NCBI GenBank assembly: GCA_963772835.1
Contig: CAVYYZ010000011.1
Location: 160,001-224,000 of the forward strand
Origin: an uncultured delta proteobacterium
GTDB lineage: Bacteria > Desulfobacterota > Desulfuromonadia > Geobacterales > Pseudopelobacteraceae
Length of the DNA stretch: 64,000 nt
Direction of reading: 5' to 3'
In this document: positions 40,148-49,626 of the stretch, piece after piece
How the letters are laid out: the number at the start of each line of letters is the position of its first letter
How positions within the stretch are numbered: position 1 is the first letter of the stretch
Translations under genes and position numbers: made by a program
Notes under the pieces: generated by a model
What the model was told of the DNA's origin: nothing
The model's database searches: none
What the model saw: only the letters and a program-made list of their open reading frames with translations

Positions 40148-40692
40148 TAAAACAGTATGTATTTGAAATATTCCGTCAGAAACGACGCATTCTGAGCATC
40201 ATTCTGACCCTGCTGCTCTTCAATTTCATCATAAGTGCAGTAGTATCCGTTTACCAGCGTCCTTTATTGACAGGCCTGCAAACAAATTGGAGCGATCTGC
40301 GCCGGAAGGCAGCCACTGCCGGGAAATTCGATGCCACGACCCTCTATCAGCAGGGTGCTGTTGATCTTGAAAAGCTGAAAGAGATAATTCCTGAAAAAAG
40401 GCAATTTGCCAGAATATTGAGTGATTTACTTGAAGCAGCAGCATCCAACGCGGTAGAGGTAGGCGCAATCAGCTATAAGCCTTTGCAGGTCAAGGGAGAA
40501 AACCTGCTAAGCTACCAATTGTCGTTTTCTGTTAATGGCGGATATGCTGCAGTAAAAAGTTATCTCGCTGATCTACAGAATAATCCGGAATTAATAGTTG
40601 TCGATACGGTGGTTTTTTCCAATAGGGATCTTTTTGTTGAAAGTGTTGCCATGGATCTGCACATTACGGTCTATCTCCGGGAGGGTGTATGA
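40144..40692 (+). CDS. PilO/GspM-like protein
   Basis: One TM, GGYAAVKSYLADL pattern, gene order. Confidence 0.75.
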   Translation: MIKQYVFEIFRQKRRILSIILTLLLFNFIISAVVSVYQRPLLTGLQTNWSDLRRKAATAGKFDATTLYQQGAVDLEKLKEIIPEKRQFARILSDLLEAAASNAVEVGAISYKPLQVKGENLLSYQLSFSVNGGYAAVKSYLADLQNNPELIVVDTVVFSNRDLFVESVAMDLHITVYLREGV

Positions 40693-41279
40693 ATCGTAAG
40701 CGGCTGATTCTGTTCATCCTGGTGATACTTTTTGTTATTTCAGTAATCTGGAGCTACAATGCGGTTCCGCGCCCAAAAACGATCGGCACATTGACTTTTA
40801 AGCCGGGTCAGCAGGCAAATCCGGTGGTTGCTGTTGTTAATAAGTCCGCCCGTGAAACGGACGAGGGAACCAGGCTTAATCTCAGCCTGCTTGATACGAA
40901 AGCGACCGGTTTCAAGGGATATCGTCGTAATATTTTTAAACCTGTTTTTGCCGATGAGACGAAAATAGTCAGGCAACAGGCTGTTGCGTTCAAACCGCCT
41001 CCACCAAAAGCAACCCCGCCTCCGGTTGCGCAGGTGATAATTCAACCTGAAACAGCTCCGCTGGCGCGCTTCACGTTTCTTGGCTTTTTAAAAAAGGGGT
41101 CGGTCAAGACTATATTTTTAGCTAAAGACAAGGATATTCTGCTAGTCAAAAAAGGGGACAAAGTTGCCGGTCGATATGAAGCGGTCGATATTACTGATCA
41201 GGCATTAACGCTGACGGTCACCGATACGGGTGACGAAATTGTCATTCCATTAATTGAAAACCGGCCGTTAGCCAAGTAA
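40689..41279 (+). CDS. PilP/GspC-like accessory protein
   Basis: N-terminal TM, RNIF..Pro-rich linker, FLGFL..IFL..LVKKGD beta domain. Confidence 0.7.
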   Translation: MNRKRLILFILVILFVISVIWSYNAVPRPKTIGTLTFKPGQQANPVVAVVNKSARETDEGTRLNLSLLDTKATGFKGYRRNIFKPVFADETKIVRQQAVAFKPPPPKATPPPVAQVIIQPETAPLARFTFLGFLKKGSVKTIFLAKDKDILLVKKGDKVAGRYEAVDITDQALTLTVTDTGDEIVIPLIENRPLAK

Positions 41280-41313
41280 CAATAATCAACACTATTCCGA
41301 GGAGACGCACTCA

Positions 41314-43881
41314 ATGCGCTATCTGAACCTGACTTCACATATTTCCATGTTTCTGATACTTGCCCTCCTCTCTGCCTGTGCCTCCACTGCAACTAAATCT
41401 TTCAAGGCTGCAGAAAAGCTTGAGTCCGAGGGGAACTATGAAGAGGCGATGTACAGTTATGCCGAATCCTTTAAAAGTGATCCAACTGTTAATGAGCCCC
41501 GGATCCGGTTCCTGAAAGCCCGTCAGAAAGCTGCGGACCAGCGTTTCAAACTGGGTACGGATCTGGCGGCAGCTGGAAATCATGTTGACGCACTGAAGGA
41601 ATTTCAGGCAGCTCAGGGTATTGATCCAACTCAGGATCGCTTCAGACAACAGATTGAAATTTCCACAAGATACAAAGATGCCATGATGGCATTCCAGGAG
41701 GGGAAGGATTTTGAAAAGGGTAATAAACTGAAAGAGGCCCATCAGCAATACTTCAGGGCAGCGGAATTGTTTCCCAAAAATACAGAATATCAGGATGCTC
41801 TCAATCGAATCACACAGCTGCGCAAGAGCAGGTTGGAAGGCTTCGAGCTGCGTCTGAAATCCAACAAACCGATTACCCTCAAATTCAAAGATGCCAAGAT
41901 GAAGGACGTCTTTACTATTCTGACTCAGCTTTCCGGGATTAATTTTATCTTCGACGACGGCATTAAGGACTCACCGGTTTCCATTTTTCTCGAAAATGCC
42001 TCGTTCCAACAGGCTCTCGACCTGCTCACCAACATGAACAAGCTCGGCACAAAAAATCTCAACGAAACGACAGTCCTCGTGTATCAGAATACACCGGACA
42101 AGAGCAAACAATACGATGAAATGGTTCTGCGGACATTTCATCTGAATTATATGGACGCAAAAAAAGCGATCAACCTGATCCGCACTATGATTCAGGTTCG
42201 AAAGGCGTACGTAAACGAAGATTCAAATTCGATAGTCGTCCGTGATACGGAAGATGTTGTTGCAGTGGTAGAAAAGATTCTTGATGCCAACGATATGCCC
42301 GAGGCTGAGGTCGTACTGGATGTAGAGGTAATAGAGGTCAGTGATAAAAACGCTGAGAATATCGGATTGCTGCTGAGTAATTACAATGTGCAACTAGGGG
42401 CCTTTCGAGGCAATGAACTGCTGGCAACTTCGCTCACCGGTGCTTCCACGACTCTTACATCCGGTACAACCACAGTTACATCGGGTGGCGGGACACCGTC
42501 AAATTTGATTCAAGCCTTCACATCGAAGGGTATTGGTGGCTTTATCACCGTACCGAATGCGACTTTTAATCTCGGGAAAACACTTGCCAAGGGAGAGGTG
42601 CTGTCAAATCCTAAAATACGAGTAAAGAACAAGGAAAAAGCCAAATTCAACGTCGGAACCAGGGTGCCGATTACCACGACAACTCTGAATGGCACGGTAT
42701 CTCAGGTAAACGTGCAGTATGTAGATGTCGGTGTAAAGCTCAATGCCGAACCGACCATTCAGCTTAATAATGAAATATCAATCAAGCTCAACCTTGAAGT
42801 CAGCTCGATTATTACAAAAGAGACAGTTGGCGGAAAGGACAGCGCCACAACGGTTGTGACCATAGGGACTCGAAATATTGATACGGTACTCAGTCTCAAG
42901 GATGGAGAAACCAGTGTCATAGGCGGCCTTATACAAAGGTCCGAAAGTAATGATAAAGCCAAGATATTTCTGTTGAGCGACATACCATTGATCGGGCCTC
43001 TGTTTACGAACTCAAATGCATCAAAGGACAAAACTGAACTGATGCTGGCGATTACTCCCCGGCTTGTCAGGGGAATACCGGTGCCGCTCCCCGGTCTTGC
43101 TTCGTTTGGATCCGGGAAAGAGGACCATCCGTCTCTTGACAGACCGATGTCCTCATTTGATCTTGAACCGGTATTTGAGGGAGATGCTCAGCCGAAAGGG
43201 GCTGAAAAGAAAAACGGCACTCCATCCCCTGCCGGCAGAAAACCCTTTACCATCACGCCCGGTGTTGTACATCCCGTAGTTCAGCCTCTGCCGGTCTCTC
43301 AACCTGCACAGCCACTGCAGCCGATACAACCAGTTCAAACAACACAACCAGTTCAAACAACACAACCAGTTCAAACAATGCAGCGTATGCAGCCATCCCC
43401 GGTGCCATCTGTCGCCCAACCGGCATCCGCGCCACCCGCAACACTAATACCGACGCCTGCTCCGGTTCAACGCAGTCTTCTGCAGATTGCCGCTCCATCA
43501 TCAGTCTCTGTTGGTCAGCAGTTCAGTCTGGATATCAAGATCAGCGATGTAAAAGATCTCGCCAACGCCCCGTTCGTATTTACGTACGATCCGGTTTTTG
43601 TGGATTTTGTTTCTATACATGAAGGGGCGCTTATGAAAAATGATGGCAAGCCGACAACCTTCAGCAGCAAGACCGATTCTGTCGCCGGTACAGTGGCTGT
43701 CTCGTTGATGCGGACCGCAGGGAACAGCGGAGTGTCAGGCGGCGGCGTCCTTGCGACTGCTTCGTTCCGCGCAAAAAACCAGGGTGCGGCAAACTTTGCC
43801 TTTAGAAACAGTGCATTCACAACATCGTACGGTGCTGCCCTTAATATTCTTCCCTTCAGTACGGCGGTGGACGTTCGCTGA
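41314..43881 (+). CDS. Secretin (GspD/PulQ) lipoprotein with N-terminal TPR region and C-terminal cohesin-like domain
   Basis: Lipobox LSAC, TPR-like helices, VLSNPKIRV, YVDVGVKL, LKDGETSVIGGLI..LSDIPLIGPLF, Pro/Gln linker, then VGQQFSLDI..FTYDP..VSGGGVLATASFRAK. Confidence 0.9.
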   Translation: MRYLNLTSHISMFLILALLSACASTATKSFKAAEKLESEGNYEEAMYSYAESFKSDPTVNEPRIRFLKARQKAADQRFKLGTDLAAAGNHVDALKEFQAAQGIDPTQDRFRQQIEISTRYKDAMMAFQEGKDFEKGNKLKEAHQQYFRAAELFPKNTEYQDALNRITQLRKSRLEGFELRLKSNKPITLKFKDAKMKDVFTILTQLSGINFIFDDGIKDSPVSIFLENASFQQALDLLTNMNKLGTKNLNETTVLVYQNTPDKSKQYDEMVLRTFHLNYMDAKKAINLIRTMIQVRKAYVNEDSNSIVVRDTEDVVAVVEKILDANDMPEAEVVLDVEVIEVSDKNAENIGLLLSNYNVQLGAFRGNELLATSLTGASTTLTSGTTTVTSGGGTPSNLIQAFTSKGIGGFITVPNATFNLGKTLAKGEVLSNPKIRVKNKEKAKFNVGTRVPITTTTLNGTVSQVNVQYVDVGVKLNAEPTIQLNNEISIKLNLEVSSIITKETVGGKDSATTVVTIGTRNIDTVLSLKDGETSVIGGLIQRSESNDKAKIFLLSDIPLIGPLFTNSNASKDKTELMLAITPRLVRGIPVPLPGLASFGSGKEDHPSLDRPMSSFDLEPVFEGDAQPKGAEKKNGTPSPAGRKPFTITPGVVHPVVQPLPVSQPAQPLQPIQPVQTTQPVQTTQPVQTMQRMQPSPVPSVAQPASAPPATLIPTPAPVQRSLLQIAAPSSVSVGQQFSLDIKISDVKDLANAPFVFTYDPVFVDFVSIHEGALMKNDGKPTTFSSKTDSVAGTVAVSLMRTAGNSGVSGGGVLATASFRAKNQGAANFAFRNSAFTTSYGAALNILPFSTAVDVR
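43326..43378 (+). repeat. In-frame 18-bp tandem repeat (about 3 copies) in the secretin linker
   Basis: ACAACCAGTTCAAACAAC x2 plus a 17-nt third copy; encodes QPVQTT repeats. Confidence 0.9.
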
Positions 43882-44393
43882 TGAAAATATGTGCGAATCA
43901 AAATGGTTTTACCTACATTTTGGCACTTACGGTTGTGGTGATAATTGGAATCATGCTTGGTATGGCAGGTCAGTCATGGAAAACCATCAAACAACGGGAG
44001 CAGGAGAAAGAGCTTATTTTCAGAGGGAGCCAGATCAAGGAAGCGATTGAAAAATGGTATGCACCAAAACCTGGACAACATGTAGTTACACCGTTGACTG
44101 ATTTGAGCTTTCTTGTAGATGATCCACGTCAACAGCGTCCGGTTCACTGGCTGCGTCGCCTCTATGAAGACCCATTGACCGGTAAAGCAGACTGGCGCAT
44201 TATTAAAGACCCCAATAAAGGAATTACCGGGGTGGCAAGTACAAGTGATGAAACACCTATTAAAACTGATTTTACTGATATTCCCTCGCTTGTACAATTG
44301 TCCGGAAAAATGAAATACAGCGAGTGGGAGTTCACGTATGATCCGAAAAATGATAATTCAAAGAGCTACAACACGTATCATGAACGATGGTAA
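43881..44393 (+). CDS. Minor pseudopilin lacking Glu+5 (GspK-like N-terminus)
   Basis: NG|FTYIL prepilin site, hydrophobic helix, LRRLYEDPLTG. Confidence 0.78.
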   Translation: MKICANQNGFTYILALTVVVIIGIMLGMAGQSWKTIKQREQEKELIFRGSQIKEAIEKWYAPKPGQHVVTPLTDLSFLVDDPRQQRPVHWLRRLYEDPLTGKADWRIIKDPNKGITGVASTSDETPIKTDFTDIPSLVQLSGKMKYSEWEFTYDPKNDNSKSYNTYHERW

Positions 44394-44896
44394 TAGCTGA
44401 CTGTATGCTGAACATTGTAAAGAACCGAAATGGACTCTCCCTTATAGAGCTGGTCGTAACTATGACGATTCTTGGTATTCTTGCAGCCGGAGTTGTGCCG
44501 TTAACGCGTATGACAGCGCAGCGTACAAAAGAGATCGAGCTGCGCAGAAATCTCCGCACGATTCGTATCGCAATTGATGATTATAAAAGAAAATTCGACA
44601 AGATGCCTGACGGACCTCTAAAAACTGGATCCGGGTACCCGAAGGAATTACAGGTGTTGGTGGATGGTCACGATTTTGGAGATGTAAAATCCGGAAATAT
44701 AAAATTTCTTCGACGTAAAATTTACGATCCTTTCCATCCGCCCCAAAATGACAGCGATGAGCAGTGGGGCTGGAATCTGCGGTCCTCTGTCGATAAGCCA
44801 GACTCAACAATCTGGGGTAAAGAGGATGTCTTTGATGTTTACTCGATGAACGAAGGAACAGCACTTGATGGCAAATCAAAATATAGTGAGTGGTAA
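44387..44896 (+). CDS. Pseudopilin (PulG-like)
   Basis: NG|LSLIEL, GYPKELQVLV, FLRRKIYDP. Start may be 44405. Confidence 0.85.
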   Translation: MVIADCMLNIVKNRNGLSLIELVVTMTILGILAAGVVPLTRMTAQRTKEIELRRNLRTIRIAIDDYKRKFDKMPDGPLKTGSGYPKELQVLVDGHDFGDVKSGNIKFLRRKIYDPFHPPQNDSDEQWGWNLRSSVDKPDSTIWGKEDVFDVYSMNEGTALDGKSKYSEW

Positions 44897-45365
44897 CACC
44901 CCGGTTCAGTTTTTCCGTGTACTCCTTTCAGAAGGAAAACGGAAATTCGATCGGCGTGGTTTTACGCTGATAGAGCTGATGATTGTCGTTTCTATCATCG
45001 GTATCCTGGCCGCTATCGCCGTGCCGAACTACCAGTGGGGCATCATTAAGGCGCGGGAAGCCGTTCTGCGTGAGGATCTGTATAATTTCAGGTCGGTTAT
45101 CGACCAATTTCATGCAGATCAAGGTAAATATCCTGATTCTATCGCAGAGTTGAAGGACAAGAAATATCTGCGGGAGATCCCCAAGGATCCCTTTACCGGT
45201 TCATTGGAATCCTGGGTTGTTATTGCACCTCCTCCTGAACCGTCTCCTGCTCAAACAGGATCATCATCGAGTGGAGGTAACAGTTCTCCCGGAAATGTAT
45301 ATGACGTCCATAGTGGTTCTGACCGCATTAGTTCCGACGGGACGACTCCTTATAATGTTTGGTGA
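44865..45365 (+). CDS. Pseudopilin (GspG/OxpG-like)
   Basis: RG|FTLIELMIV, YPDSIAEL..YLREIPKDPFTG. Confidence 0.88.
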   Translation: MMANQNIVSGNTPVQFFRVLLSEGKRKFDRRGFTLIELMIVVSIIGILAAIAVPNYQWGIIKAREAVLREDLYNFRSVIDQFHADQGKYPDSIAELKDKKYLREIPKDPFTGSLESWVVIAPPPEPSPAQTGSSSSGGNSSPGNVYDVHSGSDRISSDGTTPYNVW

Positions 45366-45368
45366 TCT

Positions 45369-46061
45369 ATGATTCAGCTCCATAGCGTGTCGCTTGCCTA
45401 CCAACAGGATGCATCGGCTCTTAATAATATCAATCTCAAAATCGGCAAAGGGGAGTTTGTCTTTTTGACAGGGCCGTCGGGTGCGGGTAAGACGTCTCTG
45501 TTGCGTCTACTGTACGGTGCCCTTACTCCAAATCGCGGGCAAGTACTGATCGATGGACAGAATATAACCCGTCTCACCCCATCCCAGATTCCGCTGCTGC
45601 GTCGTTCAATCGGTGTTGTCTTTCAGGACTTCAAGCTGCTGCAAAATCGTACCGTATTTGAAAATGTTGCCATAACACTGGAAGTCCTTGGATGGGGCAG
45701 GGCGGATATCGGCAAGAAGACCATGCACATTCTCAGGCAGATGGGAATTGAGTCAAAATATAATCTTGTCACTCAACGACTTTCAGGCGGGGAACAACAG
45801 CGTGTTGCTCTTGCCAGGGCTCTCGTGAATGACCCGAAAATACTGCTGGCGGACGAGCCAACCGGAAATCTCGACGATGCCAACAAAAACCAGATTCTCA
45901 CAATTTTTAAAGAGGCAAATATTCGTGGTACAACGGTAGTAGTCGCGACTCATGATCGCCGTTTGATCGAACAGAGCCATAAGCGTCTTGTTACGTTAAT
46001 CAAAGGGGAAATCGTTGAACAAGTGGAAAAAGAAGCAACCAGCGACGATACAACAATTTAA
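45369..46061 (+). CDS. ftsE: Cell division ATP-binding protein FtsE
   Basis: [39 protein letters not shown]. Confidence 0.95.
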   Translation: MIQLHSVSLAYQQDASALNNINLKIGKGEFVFLTGPSGAGKTSLLRLLYGALTPNRGQVLIDGQNITRLTPSQIPLLRRSIGVVFQDFKLLQNRTVFENVAITLEVLGWGRADIGKKTMHILRQMGIESKYNLVTQRLSGGEQQRVALARALVNDPKILLADEPTGNLDDANKNQILTIFKEANIRGTTVVVATHDRRLIEQSHKRLVTLIKGEIVEQVEKEATSDDTTI

Positions 46062-46983
46062 GCGTCCGACGCTTGCAGGTGATGGTTTTGGCGGAAGAGC
46101 TGGGTTCTTTCTCTCCCGGGCTTTAAGCAATATCCGTCAAAATGTCTTTGTTAATGTTGTAACAATTGGGACGATCACACTTGCTTTGCTGATAGTTTCT
46201 CTGTTTCTGCTTGTATTTGTGAATCTTGAAAGCGCAACAGAAAACTGGAGTGAACGGGTGCAGGTAACCGTTTATTTTGACAAGGAACTGACAATCCAGG
46301 ACCAGAGTTCGTTTCGTGAAAAAATATCTGCGCTTTCGGGGGTCTCCCGCGTCAGTTATGTGACCCGTGATGAGGCTCTCAAACGCTTTAAAGATCGCTT
46401 GCGCGGCCAGGAAACCCTTCTGGATGGTGTGCGCTCCGAGGTGCTTCCAACCTCGTTCGAGATCGCTCTGAAGCGATCCCATCGCGATACAGTCTCTGTT
46501 GAAAACTTTGTAGTTGCACTGAAGAGGATCCCGGGCATTACGGAGGTTCAATATGGTGAAGAATGGGTGCGCCGCTTTAATTCCTTCTTAAACTTTATGC
46601 GCCTGCTTGGCGCGCTTTTGGGCGGGTTTCTGGTGATAGCTGTGGTCTTTATCGTTTCTAATACGATTAAACTCACAATTTATTCCCGTCGCGACGAATT
46701 GGAGGTAATGTCTCTTGTCGGTGCAACCCGTTTTTTCATAAAGGCCCCGTTTCTTCTCGAAGGATTGATACAGGGAGTTGCCGGCTCCACCCTCGCGGTC
46801 ATACTTCTGTTTGGTCTTTATGAAGGATTTATTCACAATGCCGGCAGTTTTCTGACTTTTAATCCCGTCACTTCCGGATTGAGTTTCCTCCCTCCCGAGT
46901 ACCTGGGAGGATTGTTGCTGGCCGGCGCAGTGCTCGGTTTCATCGGAAGTCTTACTTCACTGAAACGCTTTATCAGTGCCTGA
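46015..46983 (+). CDS. ftsX: Cell division permease FtsX
   Basis: Four TM, NTIKLTIYSRRDELEVMSLVGATRFFIKAPFLLEG. Start uncertain. Confidence 0.92.
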   Translation: MNKWKKKQPATIQQFKRPTLAGDGFGGRAGFFLSRALSNIRQNVFVNVVTIGTITLALLIVSLFLLVFVNLESATENWSERVQVTVYFDKELTIQDQSSFREKISALSGVSRVSYVTRDEALKRFKDRLRGQETLLDGVRSEVLPTSFEIALKRSHRDTVSVENFVVALKRIPGITEVQYGEEWVRRFNSFLNFMRLLGALLGGFLVIAVVFIVSNTIKLTIYSRRDELEVMSLVGATRFFIKAPFLLEGLIQGVAGSTLAVILLFGLYEGFIHNAGSFLTFNPVTSGLSFLPPEYLGGLLLAGAVLGFIGSLTSLKRFISA

Positions 46984-46986
46984 TTG

Positions 46987-48171
46987 ATGAATAAAACGGT
47001 AGGAATATTCGTATTGCTGATGCTGATCTCACCATTTGCGTCTGCTGAAAACCCTAAAGATGAGCTGAGCGGCGTCAAAAGGGAGATCAAGGCCCAAAAA
47101 CAGCTTATTACCAAGACCCGTAAAGTTGAAGCTGTTGTCTCCACAGAGCTGAAGGGTATCCTTCGTACTCTTGAACAGAAAGAGTCTGACCTTGGTCGTC
47201 TGAATAATGACCTGCGTGGCGTGGAGACGAGTCTTGATCGTACGGGCCGCGAAATTAAAAAAGTGACCGAAGAAGCTAATAAAAAACGCCTGGAAATTGA
47301 ACGACGCCTGTCATCACTATATAAAGCGGGAGAACTTGGAGCGCTCCGGATGTTCTTTTCTGCAGAGTCGTTTCCGCAGCTGGCAGAAAATATCCGTTAC
47401 ATGAGATCGATTCTGGAAAACGATAAGCGCATTTTTTACGAGTATAACCAAAAGATCGATCAGCTCAAGCTTCTAAAGAGTGACCTGGAACGTGATGCAT
47501 TAAAAAAAGAGCGCATCAAGACCGGAATCGAAGAAAAAAAACGTGAGATAGAAAAAGAAAAAAGTAAAAAAGCCGCCTTACTTGGCAAAGTGCGACATGA
47601 TCGTAAAAGTTACGAAACCTCCTTGAAGGAACTGCAGGCCAATGCTTCCCGGTTGCAGGCAATGATTACCCGTTTGGATGCACTGAGTCGACGCAAACTC
47701 TCCTCCCGTCATGAAAAGCCGGGGTCCAGACTAAAGCCGCTTGCAGAATTACCACCTGTGCCTGATCGCGGTTTTGCTTCTCAAAAAGGGCGAATGTCTC
47801 TTCCCGTTCGTGGCGAAATCATTGAGTCATATGGCAAACACAAACACTCTGAATTCAATTCATTTACTTTCAGCAAAGGGTTGTCGATTTCTGCTGTATC
47901 GGGGGTCGAAATCAAGGTAATATATGAGGGCACAGTTATTTTTGCCGATTATTTTAAAGGTTTTGGTAATATGATGGTAGTTGATCATGGCGGTGGCTAT
48001 TTCTCCCTGTATGCCCACGCGTCGCGCTTGACTAAGAAAGTCGGTGCAGAGGTGGCTCGACATGAGACAATCGGTTTTGTCGGGGATGTCGATTCAACCA
48101 AGGGAAGTGTCCTGTATTTTGAAATACGGCATCAGGGAAAGCCGGTTGACCCGGCCGCGTGGGTTCGCTGA
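46987..48171 (+). CDS. envC: Murein hydrolase activator EnvC (degenerate M23)
   Basis: Signal peptide, long coiled coil, M23-like domain lacking HxxxD/HxH (KGLSI, LYFEIR). Confidence 0.9.
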   Translation: MNKTVGIFVLLMLISPFASAENPKDELSGVKREIKAQKQLITKTRKVEAVVSTELKGILRTLEQKESDLGRLNNDLRGVETSLDRTGREIKKVTEEANKKRLEIERRLSSLYKAGELGALRMFFSAESFPQLAENIRYMRSILENDKRIFYEYNQKIDQLKLLKSDLERDALKKERIKTGIEEKKREIEKEKSKKAALLGKVRHDRKSYETSLKELQANASRLQAMITRLDALSRRKLSSRHEKPGSRLKPLAELPPVPDRGFASQKGRMSLPVRGEIIESYGKHKHSEFNSFTFSKGLSISAVSGVEIKVIYEGTVIFADYFKGFGNMMVVDHGGGYFSLYAHASRLTKKVGAEVARHETIGFVGDVDSTKGSVLYFEIRHQGKPVDPAAWVR

Positions 48172-48213
48172 TAACTGAATAGAATGAAGCATCAAATAAT
48201 CCGGAGGAAGCAC

Positions 48214-49599
48214 ATGAGTTTACCAGGCAGTAAAAAAACAAGAATGATAACAGGCTTTGTAATTATTGTGGCATTTCTGTCGATTTTTATCATCAGCTCC
48301 CAACGCCGCAGTTCGGCAGAGGGAAATGGGAATGATTATGAATCAATCGAGCTGTTTACAGATGTCATGTCTATTATCAAAAAAAGCTACGTAGAAGAAG
48401 TAGACACGAAAAAACTTGTCTATGGAGCAATTAACGGGATGCTTTCGTCACTTGATCCGCATAGCTCGTTTATGCCTCCAGATACCTATAAAGAAATGAA
48501 AATAGATACCAAGGGTGCCTTTGGCGGCCTGGGTATAGAAATCTCCATAAAGGACGGAGTCCTTACTGTAATTTCGCCAATCGAGGATACCCCCGCATTC
48601 AAGGCAGGAATTAAGTCCGGTGACATGATCCTCAAAATTGACGACAAATTTACCAAAGATCTGAATATCAACGATGCTGTCAAGCGTATGCGTGGCCAAA
48701 AAGGATCAAAAGTTATTCTGACCATTATGCGTGAGGGATTCGAGAAGCCGAAGGAGTTCCCGTTGGTTCGCGATATTATTCAAGTCAAGAGCGTCCGGTT
48801 CCACCTGACTGAAGGCGGCTATGGTTATGTGCGGATTGCACAGTTTCAGGAGAAAACGGATGATGATCTTGCGAAGGCCCTTAAGTCAATGAAAGAAGAT
48901 TACAAGGGCGAACTCAAAGGACTGGTGCTTGATATGCGTAACGATCCCGGCGGTCTGCTCGATCAGGCGGTCAGGGTTGCCGAACATTTTGTTCCTGAAG
49001 GGGAGATGATTGTCTATACTGAAGGCCGCGAAAAAGATTCCAAGACTCAGTTTACCGCCAAAAAAGGCAGTAAAGAGCCCAATTATCCTATTGTTGTCTT
49101 AATTAATGGCGGTAGTGCCAGTGCGTCAGAAATTGTTGCCGGCGCCTTACAGGACCACAAGCGGGCTATTATTCTCGGGACACAGAGCTTCGGCAAGGGG
49201 TCGGTTCAAACCATCATTCCGCTGTCTGATGATTCCGGACTCCGTTTGACAACGGCACGCTACTACACTCCCAAAGGGCGATCGATTCAGGCAAAAGGAA
49301 TCACACCTGATATTGTTGTAGAAGCGGTTGAATTGCCAAAAACGACTGCCAAGAAAGATTCAATGCATCTGCGTGAAAAAGATCTTGAGAACCATTTTGA
49401 ATCTGAGGATAAAGGCACAGGTGGTGAAGCAAAAAAAGATGATAAACAGATCGATAAGAAAGACGATAAGAAGGACGATAAAGCGGAGAAGGCACCGTCT
49501 AAGCTTGAAGAAATTCTGAAAAACGATTATCAGGTACTCAGGGCTCTTGACCTGCTTAAAGGGTGGGAATTGATCAAATCGATGAGTAGTGACAAGTAA
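48214..49599 (+). CDS. ctpA: C-terminal processing protease (S41)
   Basis: LDPHS, PDZ GGLGIEI, DMRNDPGG, SASASEI, FGKGSVQ, TTARYYTP. Confidence 0.93.
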   Translation: MSLPGSKKTRMITGFVIIVAFLSIFIISSQRRSSAEGNGNDYESIELFTDVMSIIKKSYVEEVDTKKLVYGAINGMLSSLDPHSSFMPPDTYKEMKIDTKGAFGGLGIEISIKDGVLTVISPIEDTPAFKAGIKSGDMILKIDDKFTKDLNINDAVKRMRGQKGSKVILTIMREGFEKPKEFPLVRDIIQVKSVRFHLTEGGYGYVRIAQFQEKTDDDLAKALKSMKEDYKGELKGLVLDMRNDPGGLLDQAVRVAEHFVPEGEMIVYTEGREKDSKTQFTAKKGSKEPNYPIVVLINGGSASASEIVAGALQDHKRAIILGTQSFGKGSVQTIIPLSDDSGLRLTTARYYTPKGRSIQAKGITPDIVVEAVELPKTTAKKDSMHLREKDLENHFESEDKGTGGEAKKDDKQIDKKDDKKDDKAEKAPSKLEEILKNDYQVLRALDLLKGWELIKSMSSDK

Positions 49600-49626
49600 T
49601 AACTGATGCTCGCTAGGAATAGAATT

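Noticed and set aside
43326..43378. Tandem repeat as a CRISPR array
   Set aside because: No spacers, in-frame within a CDS, and no cas genes.
49430..49485. KKDD-type repeats in ctpA
   Set aside because: Ordinary low-complexity charged linker, degenerate at DNA level.
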